Shown: positions 39,515-50,324 of the stretch, piece after piece | How positions within the stretch are numbered: the stretch's first letter is position 1 | Layout of the letters: every line of letters begins with the position of its first letter | Assembly: GCA_964603995.1 (NCBI GenBank) | Contig: CAZRXH010000006.1 | Span: 1 to 61,404, forward strand | Source: an uncultured Bacteroidota bacterium | GTDB taxonomy: Bacteria; Bacteroidota; Ignavibacteria; Kryptoniales; JAKASW01 | Length of the DNA: 61,404 bases | Direction: 5' to 3' | Position numbers and translations under genes: made by a program | The notes under the pieces: model-generated | What the model saw: only the letters and a program-made list of their open reading frames with translations | Database searches by the model: none | What the model was told of the DNA's origin: nothing

Positions 39515-41590
39515 ATGCGACTGAACTTCAGAAATAGTTTGTTTTTCGTGGCAGCCGGATCAATCGCGACTTTCCTGCTTGTTTACGATTGGATCAGGAT
39601 TTCCATCAACCTTGAAGACCCTGTCCTCAACGGTTTCCGAAGCCTGTTCACAATCGCTGCGTTTGTCTTTCTTTACGCAGGGACAAAGCTGATACGAAGT
39701 AAGAAACCTGCCAAGCCGCTGGAGATTCTCCGTAAGCTCGTGGCGTATGGATTCTTCTCCGCAGCGATTATCTCTACCTGGGGGATCATACTCGAGAGCA
39801 AGGGGAGTTCATCCGGGAGCTTCATTCCCGGCAACATAATGCAGCTCCTTGCGACGACGTTGTTTGCTTTTGGCATCGCCTTCCTGATCATAGTCCTGCT
39901 CATGACTGTGAGCGATATTATTTACATCAAGCCTGACAGAAAAGTTCGAAGAAGATTTGAGCTTTTCGTAATCTTCGCGATGGCGGCTGCATTCCTGAGC
40001 ATATTCGGCGATTCCGGGTTCATCGCGGGGCTTCGCGACATTGCCTTCGGAGTCGCTGTCTTCATAGCGGTTCTCCACATCGTCAGCATGAACTGGATCG
40101 TCTTTCTCACTAAGAAGGAGAAGTACAAGTCTCTGGTTCACTCGTTCGTCCTAATGTTGCTCTTCGGCTATTCCTACGCGTCGATTGGGCCGGCTAATTT
40201 GGCGGGAGGAGTCCTGAGTTTTTACAGCCCTCCAATGGAGGAATTTTCAAAAATCATCTTCCTCTTCCTGACAATATATTTCTCCCTTGCGTTCATCGTG
40301 ACGATGTTCCACATACCGACCAGCGGAGTCTTCGAAAAGAAGAAGCGTGAGCTGGATTCGTACCAGAACCTGAGCAAGGTCATAACGAATGTGATGGATA
40401 CAACGGAGGTTCTGAACAATACGGTTGCAGTTGTCGGCGCAGTGACCCAAGCGAACAAGGTGTGGATTGAACTCAGATACGAAGGCGACGGAGGTTCGGG
40501 AGATGAGTACAGAACGTCTGCCACCCACCGGACAAGTCAATATGAGCTGTCCACTTTCAGCTTCGACGATGTCAGGAATGCCGTCCGAGCGAACAAGCGC
40601 GTTATCATCCAGGATCCGGACGAGTTCGCGAAATTTAACCTGAAGAATTTCCCGGCAAAGTCACTGCTTGCTGTTCCCCTCACTGCCCACGACGACTTCA
40701 TAGGAATGCTGTACGCGGCGCATGAGATGCCGTACGCGTTTGACGATGAGGAGATTTCTACAGTAAGCGCGTTTGCCGACACGGCGGCAGTGGCGATACA
40801 GAACTCGCTCCTTTTCACGAAGTCCATAGAGAACGAGAGACTGCAGCATGAGTTGCGCATCGCTCATGAAATGCAGTTGAAGCTCCTTCCCACCTCCTTG
40901 CCGAGTTCTGAGAAATTCGAGACCGATTTTCTTTCATTCCCTGCATTCGAAGTGGGCGGTGACTATATTGACTTTTCTCAGGTCGACGACAGAAGATATG
41001 CGTTTGTCGTAGGAGATGTGTCTGGAAAAGGGACGTCGGCAGCCTTCTACATGGCTTACATGAAGGGAGTATTTCAATCGCTCTCGGTTTCCGCCGGATC
41101 CCCGCTGGAGTTCATGATGGCGGCGAACGAAGCCGTCGGGAGCACGCTTCAGAAGAATTTCTTCATAACTCTGATATACGCGATGCTCGATGGCGGTACG
41201 GGTGAAATTTCGGTAGTGCGTGCCGGTCATACTCCGGGCGTGCTGATAAGCCCGGACGGTGATGCGGGTGTAAAGCGGTGCAGGCTGATCAAGCCGACGG
41301 GCGCCGGTTTGGGACTCGAGCAGTCCGGCGATTTCGGCAGGCACCTTGGCGAGGAGAAATTTGTTCTGAACCATGGCGACACTCTGGTGCTTTACACTGA
41401 TGGCGTCACCGACCAGCGGAATCCTGTCGGAGAGGAGTTTGGAGAACAACGGTTTTACGCTTTACTCAAAGAGCTAAGCGACGGGACACCGACACAGGTT
41501 AAAGGAGGCATTATCCGTGCTTTAGCCGAATTTTCACAGGGCACAGACGCGGTCGACGATACGACCGTGCTGGTTTTGAAATGGAGATAA
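39515..41590 (+). CDS. Membrane-bound GAF + PP2C/SpoIIE (RsbU-like) phosphatase
   Basis: Multiple TM helices, GAF domain, EVGGDY, GDVSGKG, LYTDGV, DDTT. Confidence 0.9.
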   Translation: MRLNFRNSLFFVAAGSIATFLLVYDWIRISINLEDPVLNGFRSLFTIAAFVFLYAGTKLIRSKKPAKPLEILRKLVAYGFFSAAIISTWGIILESKGSSSGSFIPGNIMQLLATTLFAFGIAFLIIVLLMTVSDIIYIKPDRKVRRRFELFVIFAMAAAFLSIFGDSGFIAGLRDIAFGVAVFIAVLHIVSMNWIVFLTKKEKYKSLVHSFVLMLLFGYSYASIGPANLAGGVLSFYSPPMEEFSKIIFLFLTIYFSLAFIVTMFHIPTSGVFEKKKRELDSYQNLSKVITNVMDTTEVLNNTVAVVGAVTQANKVWIELRYEGDGGSGDEYRTSATHRTSQYELSTFSFDDVRNAVRANKRVIIQDPDEFAKFNLKNFPAKSLLAVPLTAHDDFIGMLYAAHEMPYAFDDEEISTVSAFADTAAVAIQNSLLFTKSIENERLQHELRIAHEMQLKLLPTSLPSSEKFETDFLSFPAFEVGGDYIDFSQVDDRRYAFVVGDVSGKGTSAAFYMAYMKGVFQSLSVSAGSPLEFMMAANEAVGSTLQKNFFITLIYAMLDGGTGEISVVRAGHTPGVLISPDGDAGVKRCRLIKPTGAGLGLEQSGDFGRHLGEEKFVLNHGDTLVLYTDGVTDQRNPVGEEFGEQRFYALLKELSDGTPTQVKGGIIRALAEFSQGTDAVDDTTVLVLKWR

Positions 41591-41671
41591 TTTTGAAAGC
41601 CATTCGATGGATCCTGTCCCATCAGCTGGAGATTGTTGGACGGGAGCGTTCTAGTAAAGGTGGAGGAAGTA

Positions 41672-42022
41672 ATGAATGACTTTAAGGTGCTGACTCGAGA
41701 CACGGGCAATGCGGTTGTCATGGAGCTTCATGGTTTCCTTGATGCTCATACCGCACCTGATCTTGAAAAGACTTTTTCGGAACTCATATCAAGGGGCAAG
41801 TACAACATTGTAGTCAACTTCAATGCGCTCAACTACATATCGAGCGCCGGTCTTGGCGTTTTCATGGCATATATCGACGAGATCAGAACCAACCACGGCG
41901 ACATCAAGCTCGCCGCCATGCAGCAGAAGGTCTTCAATGTATTTGATCTTCTGGGATTCCCGTTTCTGTATGAGATCTATAAAGACCAGGACGATGCATT
42001 GAAAAAGTTCAACAATCTTTAA
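41672..42022 (+). CDS. STAS anti-anti-sigma factor (RsbV-like)
   Basis: GFLDAHTAP, YISSAGLG phospho-Ser motif; SD GGAGG. Confidence 0.92.
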   Translation: MNDFKVLTRDTGNAVVMELHGFLDAHTAPDLEKTFSELISRGKYNIVVNFNALNYISSAGLGVFMAYIDEIRTNHGDIKLAAMQQKVFNVFDLLGFPFLYEIYKDQDDALKKFNNL

Positions 42023-42053
42023 CCGGTCGATTTGAAAACTTCACGAAGGTGTT

Positions 42054-42497
42054 GTGAAAAGGTCTGATAGAATAGAGGAATCGAGAATCTTCAGGAGCAC
42101 GACGAAGGCGCTTGCCGACGTGCGGGAGTTCGTGAACGAACTCGCCGTCGGTTTTGGATTCGGAGACAAGGAGGTCTCCGAGATCACGCTTGCCGTAGAT
42201 GAAGCTTGCACGAATGTGATTAAGCACGCATACAAAGGGAATCCCAATACTGAATTCGAAGTCAGAATCCTCGCGAATGGTGATGAATTTCAGATCGTGG
42301 TCCGTGACTGGGGTACGGGCTTCAACCCGGAGGACGTTCCTGTCCCGAACCTGAAGGACAGGTTCAAGAAACACAAGGCTGGAGGACTCGGGATTTTCCT
42401 GATGCGGAAACTGATGGATACGGTGGAGTATCAAGGCAGGGACGCCTCGAACGAAGTGAGGCTTGTTCGATACCTGAGAAATGAACAAAAATCTTGA
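42054..42497 (+). CDS. RsbW-like anti-sigma Ser/Thr kinase
   Basis: LAVDEACTNVIKHAY, DWGTGF, GGLGIFLMRKLMD. Confidence 0.92.
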   Translation: MKRSDRIEESRIFRSTTKALADVREFVNELAVGFGFGDKEVSEITLAVDEACTNVIKHAYKGNPNTEFEVRILANGDEFQIVVRDWGTGFNPEDVPVPNLKDRFKKHKAGGLGIFLMRKLMDTVEYQGRDASNEVRLVRYLRNEQKS

Positions 42498-44226
42498 GTC
42501 AATCGCCCCTGAACGGCTGAAGCGTCAGGACAGCGACCAAATCGTCGAACTCACATCTCTCATAGAGACGGCAAAGATTCTCAATTCCTCCCTGGATTAC
42601 AAATTCATCCTGAACCATATCATGCTCGCATCCATGGGCAAGCTGGCCGTATCCAAAACCGCTGCGGTAGTTCGCTCAGTCGTGACGCCTGCCCTTGGGA
42701 AAGAGGAATTCTTTAAAATCGGCAAGGGAATGACGTTGGGTGACGAGATAATAGCGGACTTGTTCAAAGTTGACATGGAGGGGTCGGTCGCCGCCGCCGA
42801 TGTACACAAATCAACTTCGTTGAAACTAGTCGAGGCCGGCGTGAATAGGGTGTTTGCGATCCGGACATCCCATCGGCTCTTCGGCTACCTCTTCATAGGG
42901 AAGAAACTTCTTGGCAACGAATTCGCCTCGTCTGAAATAGATTTCGTATCTACACTGTGCAACATCGCCGCAGCGGCGATCGAGAACGCATTCGTGTTTC
43001 AGCAGTACAAGGATTCGAACCTGGAGCTGCAGCAGCGTGTACAGGAGCTTCAGACCCTGTTCGAGTTGAGTAAGGAATTCAACCAGCTGATCGACGAGTC
43101 ACGTGCGATCAGGACGCTTGAATTTGCGGTCATGGGACAGACCGGCGCGAGGAAATATGCAATCTGTTTGGTCCACGATCTGAAAGGGACCATTGTGGTG
43201 GACAGGATTGGCGGACTTGATGAGTCCGATCTCCATCCTCTCTGCTCGTCCGAATCGCCTATGAGACTCGCCGATCTCGCGGCCGAAATGCCGGCGGCTG
43301 CCAGGCTGCTTTCGAAGGGGGCTGAAGTGGTGATTCCTTTTCAGCTTCAGGGGAAAACCGATGGACTGCTGGTCCTCGGCGAAAGGGTGTCGAGGGCGAA
43401 ATACGTCGACTCGGAGATAAGCTTCATCTCTTCGCTCTGCAATCTGGCGGCGATGGCGGTGGATAATGCGAGGTTGTTTGAGGAGTCTCTCGCCAAGCAG
43501 CGGCTTGAAGAAGAACTCAGCCTCGCTCACGCGATCCAGGAGAAACTCCTGCCGAGAGAAATGCCGAGTTTCGCTGGCTGCGAGGTGGGGACATTCCACA
43601 TTCCTACCAAACAGGTCGGCGGTGATTATTTCGATGTGATAAAGCTGAGTGAAGAAGAGATTTGCGTGGCGATAGCAGACGTTTCCGGCAAAGGATTTCC
43701 CGCTGCCTTATTGATGGCAAATCTTCAATCGGCGTTCAGAGCTCTCACGGCGACAGAGTTGAAACTCGATCAGATTGCCGAAAGGCTGAACAATATCGTC
43801 TATGAGAACACAGACTTTGACAGGTTCATAACTTTCTTCACGGCGGTTTACAATTCCAGGGAGAGATCGCTCACATATGTAAACGCCGGTCATAACTATC
43901 CCTTTCTTGTCAAAGCCGATGGCCGCGTGATAAGGCCTGACAAGGGAGGCCTTATGCTGGGTGTGGTGCCGGCTGTCAAGTACGAGTGTGGCGTCGAGGA
44001 AATTGGTCGCGGCGATTTTCTTTACATGTTTACCGACGGCGTGAATGAAGCGCTGAATGAGAAAGGCGACCAGTTTACCGAGGAGAGGATCGATAACTTG
44101 CTGAAGCTTAATGCGGGCCTTGACGCCGAAGAAATTCTCGAGACTATTCGCAGGGAGGTGGCTTTGTTCGTAGGGAGCGCCCCTCAGAGCGATGACATTA
44201 CCCAGGTCTGTGTAAGATTCAATTAG
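42481..44226 (+). CDS. Cytoplasmic 2xGAF + PP2C/SpoIIE phosphatase
   Basis: Two GAF-like domains ending AIENA and AVDNA, VGGDYFD, DVSGKG, FTDGV, SDDIT. Confidence 0.9.
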   Translation: MNKNLESIAPERLKRQDSDQIVELTSLIETAKILNSSLDYKFILNHIMLASMGKLAVSKTAAVVRSVVTPALGKEEFFKIGKGMTLGDEIIADLFKVDMEGSVAAADVHKSTSLKLVEAGVNRVFAIRTSHRLFGYLFIGKKLLGNEFASSEIDFVSTLCNIAAAAIENAFVFQQYKDSNLELQQRVQELQTLFELSKEFNQLIDESRAIRTLEFAVMGQTGARKYAICLVHDLKGTIVVDRIGGLDESDLHPLCSSESPMRLADLAAEMPAAARLLSKGAEVVIPFQLQGKTDGLLVLGERVSRAKYVDSEISFISSLCNLAAMAVDNARLFEESLAKQRLEEELSLAHAIQEKLLPREMPSFAGCEVGTFHIPTKQVGGDYFDVIKLSEEEICVAIADVSGKGFPAALLMANLQSAFRALTATELKLDQIAERLNNIVYENTDFDRFITFFTAVYNSRERSLTYVNAGHNYPFLVKADGRVIRPDKGGLMLGVVPAVKYECGVEEIGRGDFLYMFTDGVNEALNEKGDQFTEERIDNLLKLNAGLDAEEILETIRREVALFVGSAPQSDDITQVCVRFN

Positions 44227-44490
44227 AGTATGAGAGTGCTGTCGCTGAAGAGAAAACCTCGACCGATTCCGGCTGCGATTTGTTCCCCACACAGGTGCGA
44301 ACGGACCTCACGGTTGCCCATGTTTTCGAGGACAAGCTGCCCCGGACACGTTTTCGGAATTTATTGGTGAACTCTTAGTGTTATATTCATTTTACTTTCA
44401 TTTCAAAAAAGTATATTTAACCTTGCGAATGTTTTGGATTTCCCTGTGGTACATCAATCGATACGAGAATGACCGAATCGGGCAGGTCAA

Positions 44491-45900
44491 ATGAGGAAAG
44501 AAGCACAGAATTTCGATATCATAGCGGGTTCCGCCGATACGTCCGGGAGGCAGCAGAAGGAATCTAACCGAATGAATAAAGAGACAGAGTTCAAAAGATT
44601 CTTCCAGTTTACGAGCTTGGTGACCGATGTCTTTCCGCGGCGTGGCGCACGCGTCCTGGATACGATGATGAGGAATCTCCTCGGGAATATCGCTGTTTTC
44701 AAGACGGTCGAATTCCAGGCAAGGAAGCGTCTCAGGAAGGTCAGAAAGTACGATCGGATCCTGGTGGCCGCTGACCTCAATATCGGCGACGCCATTATTG
44801 CACAGGGGACCGTAGCTGCAGTAAGAAGAGTTTTTCCACAGGCTAAGATTGACTGTGTAATAAAAAAGTCAGCCAGAGATCTTATCCAGGGTAATCCCGA
44901 CATCTCGCGGCTGTATCCTCTTTATGAGGGTGCCCCCTTTCCCAATGAGAGCGACCTCGCCGGGCTGGCTCAGGTATCCGGATCTGACGATTACGATCTG
45001 GTTCTCAATCTCAGCCCCATGGTAGACGATAAAACTTTCACCGGCAGGAATGTGGTCAACTATTCCTTGATGGCGGCCGAGCTCATCAGAAACGAAGGTC
45101 GACAGGGAGCCGTCGTCAACAATGTGACTTACCAGTCCTACAACTTCGTGGGACAGCTCTTCCGAGAAAGTGTCCCGCCCGGCTTCGGACAGGATTTTCA
45201 GGGGGCAAATGTCTATTTGTCGGATGAAGCGATAGAAGCGGCGAGAGACTTTCTCCTCAGCGAAGGAGTGTCTCAGGATGATCCTGTGGTCATGTTCAAT
45301 CCGGACGCTTCAGCGAAATTTACAAGGATGCCATTCGACTTCCAGTTGCAGCTTCTCAGATGTCTTGCGGAGATGAGGTGTTCCGTTCTGCTGGGGGCGG
45401 GACATGTGGAGAAGTTCATCGAGCACGAACTGATGTACTCGCTCGCGCCCGATCACAGGAAAGAAATCACGATTGTCCCTGCTTCGACGAGTCTCGATGT
45501 TTACACTGCGTTGATCGATCTTGCCGATGTTTTCATCAGCGGAGACACGGGGCCGCTTCATATCGCTGCGGCCCGGAAATTCGCCCGCCGCTCAGGCAAG
45601 AGTCTGAGAAACAGGACCGCGGTCATCTCGGTGTTCGGAGGAACGCCTTCGCATATCTACGGATACGACTCAGAAGCCCCGGGGTTTTTCCCCGCCAATC
45701 AGGATGCACCGTCGAAGACTTTCGTTGCGAAGAGCCAGTGCAGGAATATCACGTGCATAAATAAAATGGCAAAGACCTGCAAAGAGGTCAGATGTTTCAG
45801 GTCGCTCGATCCGGACGAAGTTGTTCTTGAAGCTTCCAGGTACATCGAGTCGACGCGGAAGGTGATTGATCGGGAGAGGTTGCGGATTCTTGTGAAGTAA
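44491..45900 (+). CDS. Glycosyltransferase family 9 (heptosyltransferase-like)
   Basis: IGDAI, FPQAKID, ADVFISGDTGPLHIAAA, VFGGT; start may be 44572. Confidence 0.82.
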   Translation: MRKEAQNFDIIAGSADTSGRQQKESNRMNKETEFKRFFQFTSLVTDVFPRRGARVLDTMMRNLLGNIAVFKTVEFQARKRLRKVRKYDRILVAADLNIGDAIIAQGTVAAVRRVFPQAKIDCVIKKSARDLIQGNPDISRLYPLYEGAPFPNESDLAGLAQVSGSDDYDLVLNLSPMVDDKTFTGRNVVNYSLMAAELIRNEGRQGAVVNNVTYQSYNFVGQLFRESVPPGFGQDFQGANVYLSDEAIEAARDFLLSEGVSQDDPVVMFNPDASAKFTRMPFDFQLQLLRCLAEMRCSVLLGAGHVEKFIEHELMYSLAPDHRKEITIVPASTSLDVYTALIDLADVFISGDTGPLHIAAARKFARRSGKSLRNRTAVISVFGGTPSHIYGYDSEAPGFFPANQDAPSKTFVAKSQCRNITCINKMAKTCKEVRCFRSLDPDEVVLEASRYIESTRKVIDRERLRILVK

Positions 45901-45937
45901 AGCCCTATATTTGTTTAAACAAACAATATAAGGTGTA

Positions 45938-46585
45938 ATGGATACATTCTTGTTCCTGATTATTACTTATGTCCTGGGTTTCCTAACAGCAATTCCAATC
46001 GGAGCGACGCAAATTGAGATAGCAAAGCGTTCGCTGAACAATCATCTTCGCGCGGCTTATATGGTGGCACTCGGATCAGTGAGCTCCGATCTGATGTACG
46101 GGTTCATAGCTCTGTTCGGGGTCGCTCCCTTTCTGAAGGACAAGGTAGTAGTTGCGGTCTTCGGGCTTGTTGCGACGGTCATTCTGTGGCTCCTTGCTTT
46201 CTTCACTTTCCGCGACGGCAGGAAAGCGAACATGCTCGAGCTCACTCATTCAACATTGAAAAGCAAGAGGATGTCCTTCTTCACCGGATTCTCCCTTGCC
46301 GTCACCAATCCCATGATGATCATGTGGTGGCTCATCGGCGTTAGAATCATAAAGGACCTCGGTCTTGTCGCGGATTTCGATGTGAACGTGTCACTGCTGT
46401 TTCTCGCTACCGGAGGAATCGGGCTCGCTTCCTATCTCTTCACTCTGGCAAACACCCTTCACTGGGCGAAGAAATTTATCTCAAATGAAATGATGAAGAA
46501 GGTGAACTACGGGTTGGGGGTCGTGCTTATCGTCCTCTCGTTCTATTTCCTCGCTACATCTCTCAAAGTTCTGATGCATTTATAA
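45938..46585 (+). CDS. LysE-family transporter
   Basis: AIPIG, GFSLAVTNP, about 6 TM helices. Confidence 0.82.
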   Translation: MDTFLFLIITYVLGFLTAIPIGATQIEIAKRSLNNHLRAAYMVALGSVSSDLMYGFIALFGVAPFLKDKVVVAVFGLVATVILWLLAFFTFRDGRKANMLELTHSTLKSKRMSFFTGFSLAVTNPMMIMWWLIGVRIIKDLGLVADFDVNVSLLFLATGGIGLASYLFTLANTLHWAKKFISNEMMKKVNYGLGVVLIVLSFYFLATSLKVLMHL

Positions 46586-46724
46586 CCTTCCCGGGCGCTC
46601 CGGCTTCTGCCGGAGCCCTGTACCCCTTCCTTTTCCTCCGGCGTAGTTCGGTACGAATGAAACCGTTTTTCCCAAAAAGGCAATCCTCCCCCCAACTTTT
46701 CACAGGGATCAGGAGTCGAAACAT

Positions 46725-47360
46725 ATGAAAGCGCCAAAAAACAGGAAGAAAGAGGAGAAATTGTCCGAGGCGGCGTTGGAGAACAGGTTTGTGAGCGACA
46801 TGGAACTGGTACTGAGCGCGCGAGACGGCGACATTGACGCATTTGAGGAACTCGTGCAGAAATATGATCGTCACATCCTCTCGCTCGCGTTTTCCTACGC
46901 AAGGAATTCCGACGATGCCAAGGACATTTATCAGGAGACGCTAATTCGTGCTTACAGGTCGATAAGGAAGTTTGAGATGAGGAGTGAATTCTCAACATGG
47001 CTGTACAGGATAACGACGAACGTGTGCATCAGCTTCAAGTCGACCCAGAGAAGACGCGCAGACATCTTTGAGAGCACGAGCTTGCGGCGACAACCAGGAG
47101 ACAGAAGAGAGTTTTCCCCCGATCCTCTCTCATCCGAGTCTGCTGAAGGAGAATTCATGCGTGCTGAACTCGGCAGACAAATAGAACTCGCGCTAGGACT
47201 GCTGTCACCGATGCAAAGGCTCGTGTTTACGATGAAACACTACGAAGGATACAAACTCAGGGAGATCGCGTCGATAACGCGTTGTGCGGAAGGAACAATA
47301 AAGAAACACCTTTATGAAGCCGTGCGCCGCTTACAGAGAGCGCTCGAAGCGGTCATTTAG
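46725..47360 (+). CDS. ECF sigma-70 factor
   Basis: GDIDAFEELV, DAKDIYQETLIRAY, FSTWLYRI, LREIA..GTIK. Confidence 0.92.
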   Translation: MKAPKNRKKEEKLSEAALENRFVSDMELVLSARDGDIDAFEELVQKYDRHILSLAFSYARNSDDAKDIYQETLIRAYRSIRKFEMRSEFSTWLYRITTNVCISFKSTQRRRADIFESTSLRRQPGDRREFSPDPLSSESAEGEFMRAELGRQIELALGLLSPMQRLVFTMKHYEGYKLREIASITRCAEGTIKKHLYEAVRRLQRALEAVI

Positions 47361-47372
47361 CAGGAGATCAGG

Positions 47373-48365
47373 ATGATGAGACACAGGAGATATGAAAGCC
47401 TAATTGTCTTGCAGTTATACGGCGAGATTACGGCAGACGAAAGAACGGATTTGGAAAAACACCTGGCGTCGTGCCTGCGTTGCGGTGACTTCAGAAAGAA
47501 AGTTGCCGGAGTCTTTTCAGAAAGGAAGCCGCAGTCCGGCGTGCCTGCCGAAGAAACCCTTCTTGCGGCGAGGGATGAGTTCCACAGAGCCCTCTCTTCG
47601 GAAATGGAAAAGAAACGCGGAAGTCAGAAGGTCCTGAAGTTTTCGCAACATCCTCGATGGAGCGGTATCGGCGTCCCCATCTACGCAACAGCAGCGGTGG
47701 CATTTCTGATGTTCGCCGCTGGGGTCGTCTCCGGTTACTTCTTCTTCGACCGCGGGACTCGCGGAGGCAGCGGAATCCAAGCCGTCCTTTCGGAGATTTC
47801 TTCGGGAATGCCGGACGACGCAGCCATAACTGACGTTCGCTTCATGAAGACAGACAAGAAATCCGGAGAAGTCCAATTTTCTTTTGATCTCATCCGTCGA
47901 TACGAAATGGTGGGGTCACTCGATGACCAACATGTGCAGAAGATCCTTGCCTATGCGTTGGTGAATTCCGACAATCCGGGTGTACGTCTCAGGACAATCG
48001 GTATGCTGGACGCTTCCGCCAGGCCTGACAAGGAAATCGTGGATGCTCTCGTCAATGCAGTGAAGACAGACAACAATGTGGGGGTCAGAAGGGAAGCGCT
48101 TCTGTCGCTTGAGAAGTTCCCCTTCGACAACCAGACGAAGGAGACCTTGCTTTTCGTTCTGCAGCACGACAAGAATCCAGGCATGCGCGTGGCGGCGATA
48201 AATTTCCTGGCCACCAAAGAATTGAATGTAACTTCCGGTGCAGGAGAAGAGAAGCATCCAGATCCAAGGGTCCTGGATGTCCTGAAGGAAAGGTCCGAGT
48301 CGGACCCCAATGGATATGTCAGACTAAAAGCAGCAGACATGCTGAAAGAATTCAAGGAGCTCTAA
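47373..48365 (+). CDS. zf-HC2 anti-sigma factor with TM helix and extracytoplasmic HEAT repeats
   Basis: HLASCLRC, TM helix, repeats DNPGVRL, DNNVGVRR, DKNPGMRV, DPNGYVRL. Confidence 0.85.
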   Translation: MMRHRRYESLIVLQLYGEITADERTDLEKHLASCLRCGDFRKKVAGVFSERKPQSGVPAEETLLAARDEFHRALSSEMEKKRGSQKVLKFSQHPRWSGIGVPIYATAAVAFLMFAAGVVSGYFFFDRGTRGGSGIQAVLSEISSGMPDDAAITDVRFMKTDKKSGEVQFSFDLIRRYEMVGSLDDQHVQKILAYALVNSDNPGVRLRTIGMLDASARPDKEIVDALVNAVKTDNNVGVRREALLSLEKFPFDNQTKETLLFVLQHDKNPGMRVAAINFLATKELNVTSGAGEEKHPDPRVLDVLKERSESDPNGYVRLKAADMLKEFKEL

Positions 48366-48366
48366 G

Positions 48367-49503
48367 ATGAACAAGAACGTTTCGTTATCCGTTATCCTGT
48401 TTCTTTTCCTCACAACTGTCACGTCCGCCACGGAACGGATCTCCAACGACGTCCAGAAGAATTTCAACGTCACAAAAGGCGGGACTCTTAACGTCTCCGT
48501 CAGCGGGGGAGATATTTCGGTGAAGGTCTGGGACAGAATGCAGGTTCAGATGATAGCCCGGAATATCGGGGACGAGTCTGAACGCCTACGGGCCGAACAG
48601 GACGGCAATACTATCACCGTCGAATACCGCTCTCACTGGGGATGGTCCGGATCCAACAGGGACCTGAGGTTCGATTTCTATGTCCCCGAGGATTTCAACG
48701 TCGAACTCACGACGTCGGGCGGCGACGTCAGTATTACCGGCGGCCTTCAGGGAAGCGCGTCGATGCACACTTCTGGGGGTGATCTGACACTAGATGGGGT
48801 GAGCGGTGAGGTGGACGGAAAGACTTCCGGTGGCGATATAACGGTTAAGGATATCGAAGGGGAGGCAAACCTCTCGACTTCAGGGGGAGATATTCAGGTA
48901 GAGCATGCCGCGAAAGACCTCGATATAACAACCTCTGGCGGTGACATAATTGTCGGGACGGTCGGCGGGAACTTGCACGCTTCCACCTCCGGAGGGAACA
49001 TGCACATTGAAAAGGTTGGCGGCAGCCTTGTTGCATCGACATCGAGCGGCGACGTGACGGTGGGAAGCGTTGGAGGAAACGTCACGCTATCCACCTCCGG
49101 TGGTGACATAACGCTTGGTTCGGGAAAAGGAAGAATAAATGCAAACACTTCCGGGGGTGACGTCAACATCAACGGTATAGTCGGGTCTGCAAGTGTATCA
49201 TCCTCCGGAGGGACTGTGAAGGTGGGTTTGACTCCAAAGGGAGATAAGATGAGCAGGATAGAGTCGAGTGGCGGCGACGTTTACCTCTATTTGCCTCCTG
49301 ATGCAAAGGTCACCATCAAAGCAGACATATCAAGTGCGGACGACGACCAGATTATCACGGATTTCCCGGTCACTTACAGATCGTCCGGCGACTACGGCAG
49401 CCGCAGAGCCGAGCTCACGTTGAACGGCGGCGGGCAGGAAATATACCTGCATACATCTTCCGGCAACATCTACATAAAGAAATTAGACTCGTCAACAAGA
49501 TAG
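48367..49503 (+). CDS. DUF4097 beta-strand-repeat secreted protein
   Basis: Signal peptide; many TSGGD repeats at about 19-aa period. Confidence 0.85.
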   Translation: MNKNVSLSVILFLFLTTVTSATERISNDVQKNFNVTKGGTLNVSVSGGDISVKVWDRMQVQMIARNIGDESERLRAEQDGNTITVEYRSHWGWSGSNRDLRFDFYVPEDFNVELTTSGGDVSITGGLQGSASMHTSGGDLTLDGVSGEVDGKTSGGDITVKDIEGEANLSTSGGDIQVEHAAKDLDITTSGGDIIVGTVGGNLHASTSGGNMHIEKVGGSLVASTSSGDVTVGSVGGNVTLSTSGGDITLGSGKGRINANTSGGDVNINGIVGSASVSSSGGTVKVGLTPKGDKMSRIESSGGDVYLYLPPDAKVTIKADISSADDDQIITDFPVTYRSSGDYGSRRAELTLNGGGQEIYLHTSSGNIYIKKLDSSTR

Positions 49504-49505
49504 AT

Positions 49506-50324
49506 ATGGAGAGAAGTCAAATGAAACGTGTCGGATTCTTTGCGATTCAATTAGCGTTGATGTTGGTCGCGGCAGGACTTACCAGCGCGTCGGCCAAGTC
49601 AAACAGGGCAAGTGAAAAATTCCAGAAATTGTGCGCGCTCTCTCCCGGCGGAACAGTGAGCCTGCAGAATGTGAACGGAAATGTGGAGATAACCACCTGG
49701 GACAAGAATGAAGTAAAGATCGAAGCGGAGAAATTCGCTGACGACGGTGGTGATCTGGATGATCTGCAGATAGAAGTCGACGCCACGGGCGATAGAGTTG
49801 CGATTGATACGAAGTATCCTGAAAGAAGGGATGATCATCACGGTCATGCTCTGGGAGTCAATTATATCCTGGTTGTTCCAAGAGGAGCAAACCTGGACAA
49901 AATCAAAATCGTCAACGGGGAAATCACTATTTCCGGTGTAGCGGGTAAGGTCATGGCAACCGCGGTGAATGGTACAATTCACACTACAGGACTCAGTAAC
50001 GGTTGTGAACTTGAAACTGTTAACGGCAAGGTAGATGCTGAGTTCACTTCTTTGCAGGCGCGGGCCGGGGCAAAATTGAAATCTGTGAATGGGTCTCTGG
50101 TTGTTCGACTTCCTGCCGATGCAAAAGCAGATATCAAAGCCACCGCCACGATGGGACATATCTCGAACGAGTTCGGACTTCAATCGTCGAGGCAGGACGA
50201 AGATCATTCTTTCGTGAAGGTTGGAGATTCTCTCCGCGGAAAAATCGGAGGAGGCGGAGCTTCTGTAAGGCTGGAGACCGTGAATGGCAGCATCAGGATA
50301 GTCAAATCAGGATCCACACATTGA
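49506..50324 (+). CDS. DUF4097 beta-strand-repeat secreted protein
   Basis: Signal peptide; repeated (T/S/N)VNG motifs. Confidence 0.82.
   Translation: MERSQMKRVGFFAIQLALMLVAAGLTSASAKSNRASEKFQKLCALSPGGTVSLQNVNGNVEITTWDKNEVKIEAEKFADDGGDLDDLQIEVDATGDRVAIDTKYPERRDDHHGHALGVNYILVVPRGANLDKIKIVNGEITISGVAGKVMATAVNGTIHTTGLSNGCELETVNGKVDAEFTSLQARAGAKLKSVNGSLVVRLPADAKADIKATATMGHISNEFGLQSSRQDEDHSFVKVGDSLRGKIGGGGASVRLETVNGSIRIVKSGSTH

Noticed and set aside
48690-49280. DNA tandem repeat or diversity-generating region
   Set aside because: Periodicity is at protein level (TSGGD solenoid repeats) with diverged codons.
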